From: Nitrosarchaeum sp.
GTDB lineage: Archaea > Thermoproteota > Nitrososphaeria > Nitrososphaerales > Nitrosopumilaceae
Length of the DNA: 64,000 bases
NCBI GenBank assembly: GCA_965223865.1
Contig: OZ245020.1
Coordinates: forward strand, 608,001 to 672,000
Direction: 5' to 3'
The notes beneath the pieces are model-generated. The model saw nothing but the letters and a program-made list of their open reading frames with translations. It ran no database searches and had not been told where the DNA came from. Numbering within the stretch: the first letter of the stretch is position 1; each line of letters begins with the position of its first letter. Shown piece after piece: positions 9,643 through 19,877 of the stretch. Both the position numbers and the translations under genes were made by a program.

Positions 9643-11351
9643 CCCTGACTATTCCAAGAAAAAATTATGCTGATTTGTTTGGACCAACCACTGGCGATAG
9701 GATTCGTCTTGCTGATACTGAATTGATTATTGAAATTGAAAAAGATTTGATCAAATATGGAGATGAATCTGTCTTTGGTGGAGGAAAAAGTGTAAGAGAT
9801 GGCCTAGGACAGGCAAGTGGTGTTTCAAGAGAGAACTCTCTTGATCTTGTAATAACAAATGCTATTGTGATGGATCCAGTTTTAGGAATCATTAAAGCTG
9901 ACATTGGGGTAAAAGATGGAAAAATTGTAGGCGTTGGAAACGCCGGAAACCCAAATGTTATGGATGACATTGATATGATAATTTCATCAAACACTGAGGT
10001 AATAGCAGGTGAGAATACAATTTGTACTCCTGGTACCATTGATTCACATATTCATTTTATTTCTCCGCAACAAGCAATACATGCAATTTGTAATGGTACT
10101 ACTACAATGATTGGAGGGGGAACAGGTCCAGCTGATGGAACAAATGCAACAACATGTACTCCTGGAGAATGGAACATTCAAAGAATGATAGAATCTATTG
10201 ATGAACTTCCTCTAAACTTTGGTTTTCTTGCAAAAGGGAATGATTCTCTTGAAACTGCATTAATTGAACAAATCAAAGCAGGAGCTTGTGGATTAAAATT
10301 GCATGAGGATTGGGGAACAACCCCTGCAGCAATTGATTCGGCATTAAGTGTAGCTGATAAAACTGACATCCAAGTTGCAATTCATACAGATACCCTAAAT
10401 GAATGTGGATTTGTTGATGATACAATTGAGGCAATTGCTGGAAGAACAATTCATACTTATCACACAGAAGGAGCTGGTGGTGGTCATGCCCCTGACATTA
10501 TGAAAATTGCAGGTGAAGCAAACATTCTTCCATCATCTACAAATCCTACAAGGCCTTTTACTGTAAATACACTTGCTGAACATCTTGATATGATGATGGT
10601 TTGTCATCATCTAAATTCATCAGTTCCTGAGGATGTCTCCTTTGCAGAATCACGTATTAGAGGAGAAACAATTGCAGCTGAAGATGTTCTTCATGATATT
10701 GGAGCCTTGAGTATGATGTCCTCCGATAGTCAGGCCATGGGAAGGGTAGGAGAAGTAACCACCCGAAACTGGCAGACAGCTGATAAAATGAAAAAGATGA
10801 AAGGCAAATTGCCTGAAGACAATGACAAAAATGATAATCATAGAGTAAAGAGATACCTTGCAAAAATTACTATCAATCCTGCCATCACTCATGGCATTTC
10901 AGAATATGTTGGCTCACTCCAACCAGGTAAATTGGCTGATATTGTGATTTGGTCACCTCAATTTTTTGGTGTAAAACCCAAAATCATAGTCAAAGGAGGC
11001 TTTATTGCATATTCATTGATGGGTGATCCTAATGCTTCAATTCCAACGACTGAACCAGTATTATATCGACCGATGTTTGGTTCTCTTGGTGAGACAAAAC
11101 GTTTTACTTCTGTAACTTTTACATCAAAACTCGCATTAGATAATGGTCTTGAAGTAAAAGTAACATCAAAAAAGAAATTGGTTCCTGTAAAAAACTGTCG
11201 TAAAATTGGTAAAAAAGACATGTTGTACAATGATCTTACTCCACAAATTGAGATTAATCCTGAAACCTACGAAGTTAAAGTTGATGGTGACATTGCAACC
11301 ATAGATCCTGCAGACAAAATTTCTATGGCAAGACTTTACAACTTGTTTTGA
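9639..11351 (+). CDS. ureC: Urease subunit alpha
   Basis: [36 protein letters not shown] and SDSQAMGR active-site motifs. Confidence 0.98.
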   Translation: MTLTIPRKNYADLFGPTTGDRIRLADTELIIEIEKDLIKYGDESVFGGGKSVRDGLGQASGVSRENSLDLVITNAIVMDPVLGIIKADIGVKDGKIVGVGNAGNPNVMDDIDMIISSNTEVIAGENTICTPGTIDSHIHFISPQQAIHAICNGTTTMIGGGTGPADGTNATTCTPGEWNIQRMIESIDELPLNFGFLAKGNDSLETALIEQIKAGACGLKLHEDWGTTPAAIDSALSVADKTDIQVAIHTDTLNECGFVDDTIEAIAGRTIHTYHTEGAGGGHAPDIMKIAGEANILPSSTNPTRPFTVNTLAEHLDMMMVCHHLNSSVPEDVSFAESRIRGETIAAEDVLHDIGALSMMSSDSQAMGRVGEVTTRNWQTADKMKKMKGKLPEDNDKNDNHRVKRYLAKITINPAITHGISEYVGSLQPGKLADIVIWSPQFFGVKPKIIVKGGFIAYSLMGDPNASIPTTEPVLYRPMFGSLGETKRFTSVTFTSKLALDNGLEVKVTSKKKLVPVKNCRKIGKKDMLYNDLTPQIEINPETYEVKVDGDIATIDPADKISMARLYNLF

Positions 11352-11458
11352 AGTATCACCAACTTGATTATTTTTTCAACTATCATAACCATTGATGTAA
11401 TTACCACTATTGAAAAAAAGTTGCTCAGATTAAATATAATAAATCAGTATTTTAGTTA

Positions 11459-11548
11459 ATGGGTAAAATTTGTGATGCATTGTTAAAACTTGAGGGCAAA
11501 TATACAAAACATCACTCCGGTTATTTAGGCGAGAAAGTATGGATATAA
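11459..11548 (+). CDS. Putative 29-aa microprotein (MGKICDALLKLEGKYTKHHSGYLGEKVWI)
   Basis: ATG about 25 nt after a TATA-like TTAAATAT; overlaps the next small ORF. Confidence 0.4.
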   Translation: MGKICDALLKLEGKYTKHHSGYLGEKVWI

Positions 11549-11655
11549 CAGTTCTTTCCTCTACTATAGGTGTTAGTTTTGCAATTGTGGCTCTTTGGTA
11601 TATTGCAATGCGTCAAGATAAAGAAATTGAAGAACAAGGAAGTATGACAGCTTAG
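11539..11655 (+). CDS. Putative 38-aa single-TM microprotein
   Basis: MDITVLSSTIGVSFAIVALWYIAMRQDKEIEEQGSMTA; T-tract at about 11699-11713. Confidence 0.45.
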   Translation: MDITVLSSTIGVSFAIVALWYIAMRQDKEIEEQGSMTA

Positions 11656-11834
11656 CAATTAAAATTATTTTAAAGAAAAATACTTCGTTGAAAATCACTT
11701 TTTTTCTTTTTTTAAATCTGCATTAGTCCTGAAAAAAATATCATCAGAAAAATACATTATTTTTCTTGGCAATAATTGAAAATCCATAACAAATAATGCT
11801 TTTTTATTTCAACAAGTCATTTTAGTACCAAGAA

Positions 11835-12275
11835 ATGATTCCAAAAATTAAAAAAATTCTTGTTTTATTGGATGGTTCTCAAAACTCATTTCGTGCCCTT
11901 GATCAAGCAATTATTCTTGCTAAAGCAAGCGACTCTATAATTATTGGACTAAACGTTGTTTCATTTTATACGATGGGCTTTCAACCTTTTACTTCAATTA
12001 CAGTTCACTCTCCAATTGAAAAAATATTGGAAAAAGAATCTTTACAATTCCTAAAACAGGCAAAATCAAGATGCAATGAAAATGGTGTCTCCTTTTCAAG
12101 TATTATAATTCACGGTCCAGAGGGTCGTACAATAATTTCATTTATTCAAAAAAATAAATTTGATCTTGTAGTTGTTGGTTCTCGAGGCAGAGGTTCAATT
12201 AGAGAAATATTTCTTGGCAGTGTTTCAAACTATGTTTTACATAGAACACACACTCCTGTACTTGTTGTAAAATAA
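11835..12275 (+). CDS. Universal stress protein (UspA family)
   Basis: KILVLLDGS...DLVVVGSRGRG...LGSVSNYVL...PVLVVK. Confidence 0.92.
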   Translation: MIPKIKKILVLLDGSQNSFRALDQAIILAKASDSIIIGLNVVSFYTMGFQPFTSITVHSPIEKILEKESLQFLKQAKSRCNENGVSFSSIIIHGPEGRTIISFIQKNKFDLVVVGSRGRGSIREIFLGSVSNYVLHRTHTPVLVVK

Positions 12276-12392
12276 TTTGGTGGTATTTGAATTACAAGAT
12301 ACAAATTGCAAATACAATATTAATTAAAAATAATTTACAAGAAAATTATTTTGTTCCTTTTATTATGTAAAAAGATTTTCTAACCCAATATC

Positions 12393-12557
12393 TTACCAAG
12401 TACCTGTTCTTCCCTCAAAGTTCGGATCCATTTTCTTTTCAGGAACATTTCCATGTGCTTTTTTCATATGTCTTTTTAGTCGTTCAAAATTATGCAATTC
12501 CAATCCACATTCTTTGCATTTTGTTTCATTTTTATTTTCTTTACGAAATAATCCCAA
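12393..12557 (-). CDS. Small C2H2 zinc-finger protein (54 aa, TTG start; not in the ORF track)
   Basis: MGLFRKENKNETK-CKEC-GLELHNFERLKR-H-MKKA-H-GNVP...: C-x2-C-x12-H-x4-H. Confidence 0.7.
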   Translation of the reverse strand: MGLFRKENKNETKCKECGLELHNFERLKRHMKKAHGNVPEKKMDPNFEGRTGTW

Positions 12558-13254
12558 GATAAAACAATTCGATCAAGCATACTATTAAAAATTTAATACA
12601 ACATGAACAAGAAAATTATCTTTATGGTTTGGATATAATTATTGAGATTGTAAGAAAAAGTCTCAAACATGAGTAGTCTTGTTAATCCAATGAATTACAC
12701 ATCTCTTTGGATTCAACTAAAGATATGAATTCTTAAATTCTTTAATCATATGATGATAATATGAAAAGAGCAAAAAGTTCAAGATACCAAAAATTAATGT
12801 GGGCTTTGGTTGGTATTTGTGCTGCAATAATACTATTGGTGAATATGTGAAAATAATTGTGATATAATATTGAACCAATTGAATGCTCAATTTTTATAAA
12901 AATTTTATAATTTATCCTATCTTCTCTTAATACGTAAACCAGAAAGAAGTATCGATCATTTAACAAAATTAAAAATTATTCAAAGTCGTAAATTAGCAAT
13001 CTTAAACTCCAAGTTTTCTATATAGTAATAAAGAAATATTTTGTAATAAAGGATAGAAAAATTATAATAATTACATAATCTAATCAAACTAGACAAAAAA
13101 GCATGTATTTGATCCAAGAAATATAGAAATTTCAAAAAAACTAGGATTCAAACAAAATATTTGATTGATGTAAAAAATAGGCATAAATTCTACAATTTGT
13201 GGATGAATCGTCCATTAGGCTTAAATACAAACTTCAAAGAAAAAATTCAATAAC

Positions 13255-16200
13255 ATGAATAACGAAATAGGACGTAAAATAACTAGTCTTACATTAATGA
13301 CAATTATGGTTGCCGGTGGACTGACATTTGCTGTCCCGGGTGTAATGCCTGCAGCACATGCAGCCAACGCTAATCTTTTTGTTTCCGCAGAAAACTCTCA
13401 ATTTGATAACTACATGTCAGGACCTCAAGTAATTGAGGTAGTAATAATTGATTCAGATATCAATGAAACTGATGAATCAAAAGGTGAGCCAGATGTTGAA
13501 GTAAACGGCCAGGACCTTAGAATGGTTCAAGCCGTTGACGGAAACTGGTATGGTTACTTTGCAGATATAACGCGTGCAACAATTGCTGATGCAACATCCA
13601 CAGTCCCAGGTGTCGGATTGGACTTCGGTTCTGTCTGTACTCCAGCTGAGGGTACCACCTCAACAGGAATGGACTTTAGTGATGCAGATGGTGTTGCAAC
13701 AAACTCTGCTGTTTGTGCTGGCGCTCCTGCTGTTCCTTCGATACTAAATGTACTCAGAGAAGCAAAGGACGTTAACACTGTTACAGCTAATCCTCCAGAT
13801 TTAACAACTCCTGGTCATTGGCCATTCATTCAACTTTATGACCTAAGCGTAGGTGGTAACGTAGTCGTTCAGTATAACAAAGGTGGTGGTGTTCAAACAA
13901 CAACACTAACTTATGATACTGTTGAAAACTATGCATCCGCCTCATTAGACAGGTCTTTCTATGCTCCAGGTATGGAAGTTCATGCAACCATCACAGATCT
14001 TTGGTTAAACATTGATCCAACTGATGAGGATTCATGGACATTTGCTACCCAAGTAGATGGACCTGCCAATACACTCGGTCCATACTATCAGATATTTGAT
14101 GAAAACGGTGCCGTAGCAGGAGACGACGATGGTGTCGCTGCTAGTGTTTATAGATTAAATGCATCGGAAAGAGATGACCTCCTATGTGAGGACAACTGTA
14201 TTATTCGCCTTAACATAAACACACAAGGTGCTCCTGACGATGTAATTGGTATTCAAGATAACGATGACAGTGAAGTTCTTGGTGCTGGTCCTGACAATGA
14301 TGCAACAACAGCTGCAACATTGACATTACCAGCCGGAACAGGTCCATTAACCTTCACAGAACAAGGCCCAAACAGTGGTGTATTTAGTTCAACTGATGAA
14401 TCAGATGTATCTAACATTATAATTTCAGCTATTGCTGAAAGAGGCACATCTGGTACAATGGATTATAACGAAAATCCAGTATCTATCCTAGTAGGATTTA
14501 CTTCTGGTTCAATCGATATCCAACCAGTTGACGATGAATGGAATTCTGGTGAGGAAATTCCAGTTGTAGTAAATGATCACGACTTGAACACAAACAGTCG
14601 TGCAGATGAAGATTTGGATTTATTTAATCCAGATGTTGATCACATTCCTACACTAGAAACTGGTTCTCCAATAACACTAGAAGAAACAGTCGTTGCAACA
14701 CTTGATGGCGCTGATGTACTTGGAGGCGCACGAACTTACGATGAAACAATTGAACAATTCTCTCAAAGATTATTCCTTGAAACTACTGGAGTTGTTCCTC
14801 TAGATGACGGTGATTCACTTATCATTGGACTCGATCAAACATTCGAGGACTTGTATGATGAAATCGGTCAAGATGGAGTAGACGGCTTTAGTGGCACATC
14901 TCTTATCAACTACGATGTTAGATCATTATTTAACAATGCAGATATTGACTCTGTAGACATCAGTGTTTCTGATGGTACAGACACAATACTCTTAGTAGAT
15001 GATGGAGATTCACAAGGACTTGTCAATTTAGAAGATCTTGGAGTATTTACACCAGGACCTGACTTCTTCGATCTAGATGAAGATGAACTAATTGACATTA
15101 TCATTGACTTTGATACTGACGGTGCATCCACTGCAATTCCTGCAAACACTGTAATGCCTGTTGTTGTTGACTTCTTCTCATTTGGTTTCATTGATGATGG
15201 TGAGGCAAGTAACGATAGAGTTGCTAACCAAATCATCAGATTGGAACTAGAAGAGACAGGTGATAACACAGGATTGTTTGAAGGCTCATTAGAATATACT
15301 ATGATCAACCAGCTCAACATCTTAGATGATGAGACATATGAAGATCTTAGTACAATTGCAGATGATCCATCATTCATTGTAATTGAAGATCTAACAGATG
15401 AAGACTCACCAAGAGTAAACTACTTGGAGATTATCGATGACGGTGTGCCAACAAAGCGTGCTGATCAAGAAGAAGCCCCAAGTCACTCAGGTATTGTCTC
15501 ATTTGATATGGATACTTACAAGGTAGCTGACACTGTTTATATCACTCTCGAAGACCAAGACCTAAACGTTGATTCTGACTTACTTGAAATCTATACTACT
15601 GTTGGCGATGACACTGATATTGCATTTGGTACTGTAGGAGCTGAAGACCTTCCGGAACTATCATTTGGTCCACTAGGTAGACTACTTGATGTCACATTTG
15701 ATGATATTAGGTGGCAAACTCCAACAGGTACATGTGCAGCAGAACTTGCTGGTACTGATGATACTGGCCTAGATGCCGTCACATTCAGCCTAGTTGAAAC
15801 TGGTGCTGAAACTGGTATCTTCATAGGAAGTTTCGAAATACCAGACAGATGGTGTCGTGCTGATGATGCTAGTGTAGAAACAACTACTGGTTTAGATATT
15901 GAAGTTAATTATGTCGACTTTAGAGATGCTTCAGGTGAAATCATTGAGGTAGGAGATAGTGCTGGAGTTAGAGCACATACCGGTTCAGTCAGTCTTGATA
16001 GAACCGTCTATCCAGTACCATTTGGTATCGCAAGTAATTTCGCATCAACTAGTGAGACATCTCCAGATGGTAGAGCCATATTCCCAATCCACGCAAGTGG
16101 AATGAATACGGCTGGCACTCCAAGAGAAGCTGCAGGTCTACAAACTGGTGAATTCTTGCCAGGTGGTGACTTGCAAGTTCATCTTAGAGTAAACGACCCA

Positions 16201-18774
16201 GACTTTGATACATCAGGTGCAGGTGAAAACTTCATCGAACAAAACAGAGCTGACGAACCTGTCGGACCTGTTGAAATCTCTGTAATTAGAGGTTCTGATA
16301 CTGTGATCCTCGGTTATGCTGGTGGTCCAGAATCTAACATAGGAGAATCTAACGAAGGTTACATCAATGTCGGAACAACACTAATTGGAAACGGCATCAT
16401 AGATGACGCATCTGAATTAGTTGATTATTCCGGCGGTGCAGGCTTCGTAGATGGTCAAGATGTAGTAATTTCACAAGTAGGCGCAGAAGATGCAGAAGGA
16501 ACTTACTTCGATGTTTCAGCTGGTGTACTTAATCTAGGTGAAATCGACATTATAGATGATGGTGCTGATTTCACTTCAGGTCCAGTAACAGTTGAAGGAG
16601 CTAGTTCTGGAGCAATTGCAATAGTGTTGTTTGAGGATATGAACAGTGATAATGAAGTCGCAGCAGCCGAACTCGTAGATGTTCTTGCATCTGACGATTT
16701 CTTTGATCCAACTGAAGATGTATTCATCTCTCAAGCACCAGGCCCTGGTATTCCAGGTAGCTCTGATGATTCAGAGGGTGTATTTACAGATGTAATAGGT
16801 TCATTTGGTTCTGGTAGCATTGTTGACTTCGTATATGATCCTCTAGCAGGACCTCTAACAGGACCAAATGCTGACTTTACTGATGGTTTACCCGTCACTA
16901 TTAGTTCAGCTACCTCTACTGAAGATGCAACAGCAATATTTGATGATGCACCAATAGTAAGAGAATTTGGACCAATCGAAGAGATTGCACCAGATGCAGG
17001 AATCTTTGAGCTTGACTTTGAAGTAAGATATACCGATGGTCCAGCTGATGCAAGATGTCCAGAAACTCTTGACTTTGAACCACTAGATGATTCTGATCCA
17101 GCTGGAACAAATCCAGAGTTGCATAGATTTACATCAACCTCAGGTGCAGGTGAGAACTTCTGTGTACTACAAGGAGATATCCTCCAAGTAGAATACGAAG
17201 ATCCAACTGACGCTTCTGGTGATGCAAACACTGTTACTGACTCTGCAACATTTGACCTAAGAAACGGTGTATTACAATCTGACAAATCAGTTTACATTAT
17301 CGGATCTGACATGATCTTAACCCTCATTGAGCCAGACCTTGATCTGGACAATGACCAGGCTGAGACATGGGACTTAGACTTAATTGAATGGGACTCTGAT
17401 GCCGCAACAATTACCATGGGTAATGCTGACGGTGAAGGAGCCGCATTTGATCCAGAACCATCTGACTTTAGAGAAACAGGTGACAGCACTGGTATATTCC
17501 AGATTGTCATTGAAATTCCTGAAGTATTAGAAGGTGACAGATTAGAAAGAGGAGAAGAAATTATCCTTGAGTATACTGACTGGGGTCCATCCGGATCTGA
17601 CTATGTAGGTGAGGAAGATGAAGATGTCAACTTGACACTTTACACTTCTAACTTCGGAGCAACTGTAGAACTTGACCAAAAAGTCTATTCTTGGACTGAC
17701 AAAGTATACGTAACCGTTGTTGCACCAGACCACAACTTTGACGGTGACTTAGTTGATGAAATCGGTGAGACTGATCTTGATCCAATAAAGATCTCGACCA
17801 GAGGATTCGATCTTGACAACTATAAACTAGTCGAAACTGGTACTGACACCGGCATCTTCACTGGTGAGGTAATCCTTACAGGATTCCCACATGATGCTGA
17901 CGGTGATGCAACCACTGGTGATAGTGGTATTGATACTAACCCACGTACATCAGGTGACGGTCCAACCGATGGATTCCTACAAACTGATGATGATGACGGT
18001 ATTACTGTCTCCTTTGAATTCTCAGAGGATGAAACAGTAGTCGGCTCAGCACTCATCAGATGGAACATTGGTGAAGTCCAATGGCTTGAGGCAAGCTATC
18101 CAGCAACCGGTACAGGTGTTGTAAGAATAATTGACCCAGACATGAACTTAGATCCAGAAGCAGTCGACAACTTCGATGTCGATGTGTGGTCTGACTCCGA
18201 CGCCGGAGGTATTGACCTTACTGTAACTGAGACTAATGAGGCAACTGGAATATTCGAAGGAACTGTGTTCTTCACAGTAACTGACGAATCATCTGGTCAC
18301 AGACTCAGAGTCGCAGAAGGTGACACTGTCACTGCAGAATATGAGGACAATACACTACCTGATCCATATACAACTGCAGATGAACTTGATATCACTGCCA
18401 CTTCACTCATAGGTACTGTTGTACCACCTCTAGAGAGAGCACCAATTGCTAGCTGTAGAGTAGTTGATGCATTTGATAACACTCTAAGTAGTGTATCAGT
18501 TGATCAACAAGTACAAATTGTCTGTGATATAGCAAATGGCCAAGATAGAGACCAACCATTTGCATACTTGATACAGATTCAGGATGCTAACGGTGTTACA
18601 GTTCAACTAGCATGGATTACTGGTTCATTAACTGCTGGTCAATCATTCAGTCCGTCACAATCATGGATTCCACAACAAGCAGGAGCATACACTGCCACTG
18701 CATTTGTATGGGAGTCTGTTGATAACCCAACGGCATTATCACCACCAGTAGACACACCAATAACTGTCAACTAA
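13255..18774 (+). CDS. S-layer protein (Nitrosopumilus SlaA/Nmar_1547-like)
   Basis: MNNEIGRKITSLTLMTIM signal peptide, ANANLFVSAENSQF, repeated ETGxxTGIF motifs, very acidic, C-terminal WESVDNPTALSPP. Confidence 0.9.
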   Translation: MNNEIGRKITSLTLMTIMVAGGLTFAVPGVMPAAHAANANLFVSAENSQFDNYMSGPQVIEVVIIDSDINETDESKGEPDVEVNGQDLRMVQAVDGNWYGYFADITRATIADATSTVPGVGLDFGSVCTPAEGTTSTGMDFSDADGVATNSAVCAGAPAVPSILNVLREAKDVNTVTANPPDLTTPGHWPFIQLYDLSVGGNVVVQYNKGGGVQTTTLTYDTVENYASASLDRSFYAPGMEVHATITDLWLNIDPTDEDSWTFATQVDGPANTLGPYYQIFDENGAVAGDDDGVAASVYRLNASERDDLLCEDNCIIRLNINTQGAPDDVIGIQDNDDSEVLGAGPDNDATTAATLTLPAGTGPLTFTEQGPNSGVFSSTDESDVSNIIISAIAERGTSGTMDYNENPVSILVGFTSGSIDIQPVDDEWNSGEEIPVVVNDHDLNTNSRADEDLDLFNPDVDHIPTLETGSPITLEETVVATLDGADVLGGARTYDETIEQFSQRLFLETTGVVPLDDGDSLIIGLDQTFEDLYDEIGQDGVDGFSGTSLINYDVRSLFNNADIDSVDISVSDGTDTILLVDDGDSQGLVNLEDLGVFTPGPDFFDLDEDELIDIIIDFDTDGASTAIPANTVMPVVVDFFSFGFIDDGEASNDRVANQIIRLELEETGDNTGLFEGSLEYTMINQLNILDDETYEDLSTIADDPSFIVIEDLTDEDSPRVNYLEIIDDGVPTKRADQEEAPSHSGIVSFDMDTYKVADTVYITLEDQDLNVDSDLLEIYTTVGDDTDIAFGTVGAEDLPELSFGPLGRLLDVTFDDIRWQTPTGTCAAELAGTDDTGLDAVTFSLVETGAETGIFIGSFEIPDRWCRADDASVETTTGLDIEVNYVDFRDASGEIIEVGDSAGVRAHTGSVSLDRTVYPVPFGIASNFASTSETSPDGRAIFPIHASGMNTAGTPREAAGLQTGEFLPGGDLQVHLRVNDPDFDTSGAGENFIEQNRADEPVGPVEISVIRGSDTVILGYAGGPESNIGESNEGYINVGTTLIGNGIIDDASELVDYSGGAGFVDGQDVVISQVGAEDAEGTYFDVSAGVLNLGEIDIIDDGADFTSGPVTVEGASSGAIAIVLFEDMNSDNEVAAAELVDVLASDDFFDPTEDVFISQAPGPGIPGSSDDSEGVFTDVIGSFGSGSIVDFVYDPLAGPLTGPNADFTDGLPVTISSATSTEDATAIFDDAPIVREFGPIEEIAPDAGIFELDFEVRYTDGPADARCPETLDFEPLDDSDPAGTNPELHRFTSTSGAGENFCVLQGDILQVEYEDPTDASGDANTVTDSATFDLRNGVLQSDKSVYIIGSDMILTLIEPDLDLDNDQAETWDLDLIEWDSDAATITMGNADGEGAAFDPEPSDFRETGDSTGIFQIVIEIPEVLEGDRLERGEEIILEYTDWGPSGSDYVGEEDEDVNLTLYTSNFGATVELDQKVYSWTDKVYVTVVAPDHNFDGDLVDEIGETDLDPIKISTRGFDLDNYKLVETGTDTGIFTGEVILTGFPHDADGDATTGDSGIDTNPRTSGDGPTDGFLQTDDDDGITVSFEFSEDETVVGSALIRWNIGEVQWLEASYPATGTGVVRIIDPDMNLDPEAVDNFDVDVWSDSDAGGIDLTVTETNEATGIFEGTVFFTVTDESSGHRLRVAEGDTVTAEYEDNTLPDPYTTADELDITATSLIGTVVPPLERAPIASCRVVDAFDNTLSSVSVDQQVQIVCDIANGQDRDQPFAYLIQIQDANGVTVQLAWITGSLTAGQSFSPSQSWIPQQAGAYTATAFVWESVDNPTALSPPVDTPITVN

Positions 18775-18794
18775 GACTAGAAAATTCACACTAT

Positions 18795-18810
18795 TCCTTT
18801 TCTTTTTTTT
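18795..18810 (+). terminator. Archaeal oligo-T terminator of the S-layer gene
   Basis: TTCCTTTTCTTTTTTT about 20 nt after the stop codon. Confidence 0.6.
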
Positions 18811-18869
18811 GAATCACTCTTAACGAAAGTTATAGACAATTTTTCCAGAAGTAATATCTAGTAGAAGAT

Positions 18870-19859
18870 TTGTTGAAAGGTAAATTGAGATTACAAATTA
18901 TAGTGGTTCTTTTGATTGTTGTTTTAGCTATACAAATTCCCAATTCTTATTCAGAGACTTTGGAACTATATTCAAACAGTAAAGTTTACTCTGAAGACCA
19001 ACCTTTGTTTGTTTACGGAAAGGGATTACCTAATGAAAATCTCATTATTCGTTTATTTGCACCTGATGGAACAATAGCAAAGTTTGATCAAATCACCACA
19101 AATGAGGATGACGGCACCTTTAATCACGTTTTGATTATATGGCCTGAATCATCATCTACTTTTCCTTTTGGAACTTATTCTGTTGAAGTAATAAGTACTG
19201 AACAAGATGGTTTATCTCAAATTTTAGATGTAAAGTTTACTTCAACTGATGAATTAATAGAGGTACCAGTTGAGAGACAGATTAACACTTTGGTATTTGC
19301 ACCTGAAACAGCAGCAGTTGATCAATCATTAAGAGTATTTGTTCAAACAACAAGTGATGGTCTTTTGGTTGGAGGTGATCCAAGCATACTTCTTCAAACC
19401 ACCCATGTACATCTTCCATCTGGTAAAGTAGAAACATTGACTGATGCATTTTCGACATTACATCAGGGATTATACTTTACAGATTACACTCCAACTGAAC
19501 AGGGAACCTATGTATTTCACGTTGTTGCATTTAGCCGAGGAACTATATCTCATGGTTCTGTTGCAACAAATGTCATGAGTCAAGATATAAGAGGAATATC
19601 TAATCAAATTATAGAGTTAAACTCTATTTTGGATGAAACATCAAAAGAACTTGAAATCTTAAAATCAGAAATTTCAGGATTTGGATCTACCCTAGAAAAT
19701 GCCAGTACAAATATAGAAAAAAGCACATCTGCTATTTCTTCATCAGTAACTAACATTGAAGAAGCCTCATCCCAGCTTAATTCTCTCTTCTTTCCAATTG
19801 TCGCCTCTATTGGAATAATTGTAGCACTTCAGATTGCCATTCTTGCAAGAAGAAGATAG
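18870..19859 (+). CDS. Secreted/membrane-anchored protein with coiled coil and C-terminal TM anchor
   Basis: Signal peptide, heptad-like stretch, C-terminal hydrophobic helix ending in RRR. Confidence 0.75.
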   Translation: MLKGKLRLQIIVVLLIVVLAIQIPNSYSETLELYSNSKVYSEDQPLFVYGKGLPNENLIIRLFAPDGTIAKFDQITTNEDDGTFNHVLIIWPESSSTFPFGTYSVEVISTEQDGLSQILDVKFTSTDELIEVPVERQINTLVFAPETAAVDQSLRVFVQTTSDGLLVGGDPSILLQTTHVHLPSGKVETLTDAFSTLHQGLYFTDYTPTEQGTYVFHVVAFSRGTISHGSVATNVMSQDIRGISNQIIELNSILDETSKELEILKSEISGFGSTLENASTNIEKSTSAISSSVTNIEEASSQLNSLFFPIVASIGIIVALQIAILARRR

Positions 19860-19877
19860 TTATAATAAATACAAAAT

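Noticed and set aside
13554-18482. Many antisense ORFs in the S-layer gene (likewise in the urease, dur3 and TSP3 genes)
   Set aside because: They are Ser-rich shadows of codon bias in the sense-strand genes, with no motifs.
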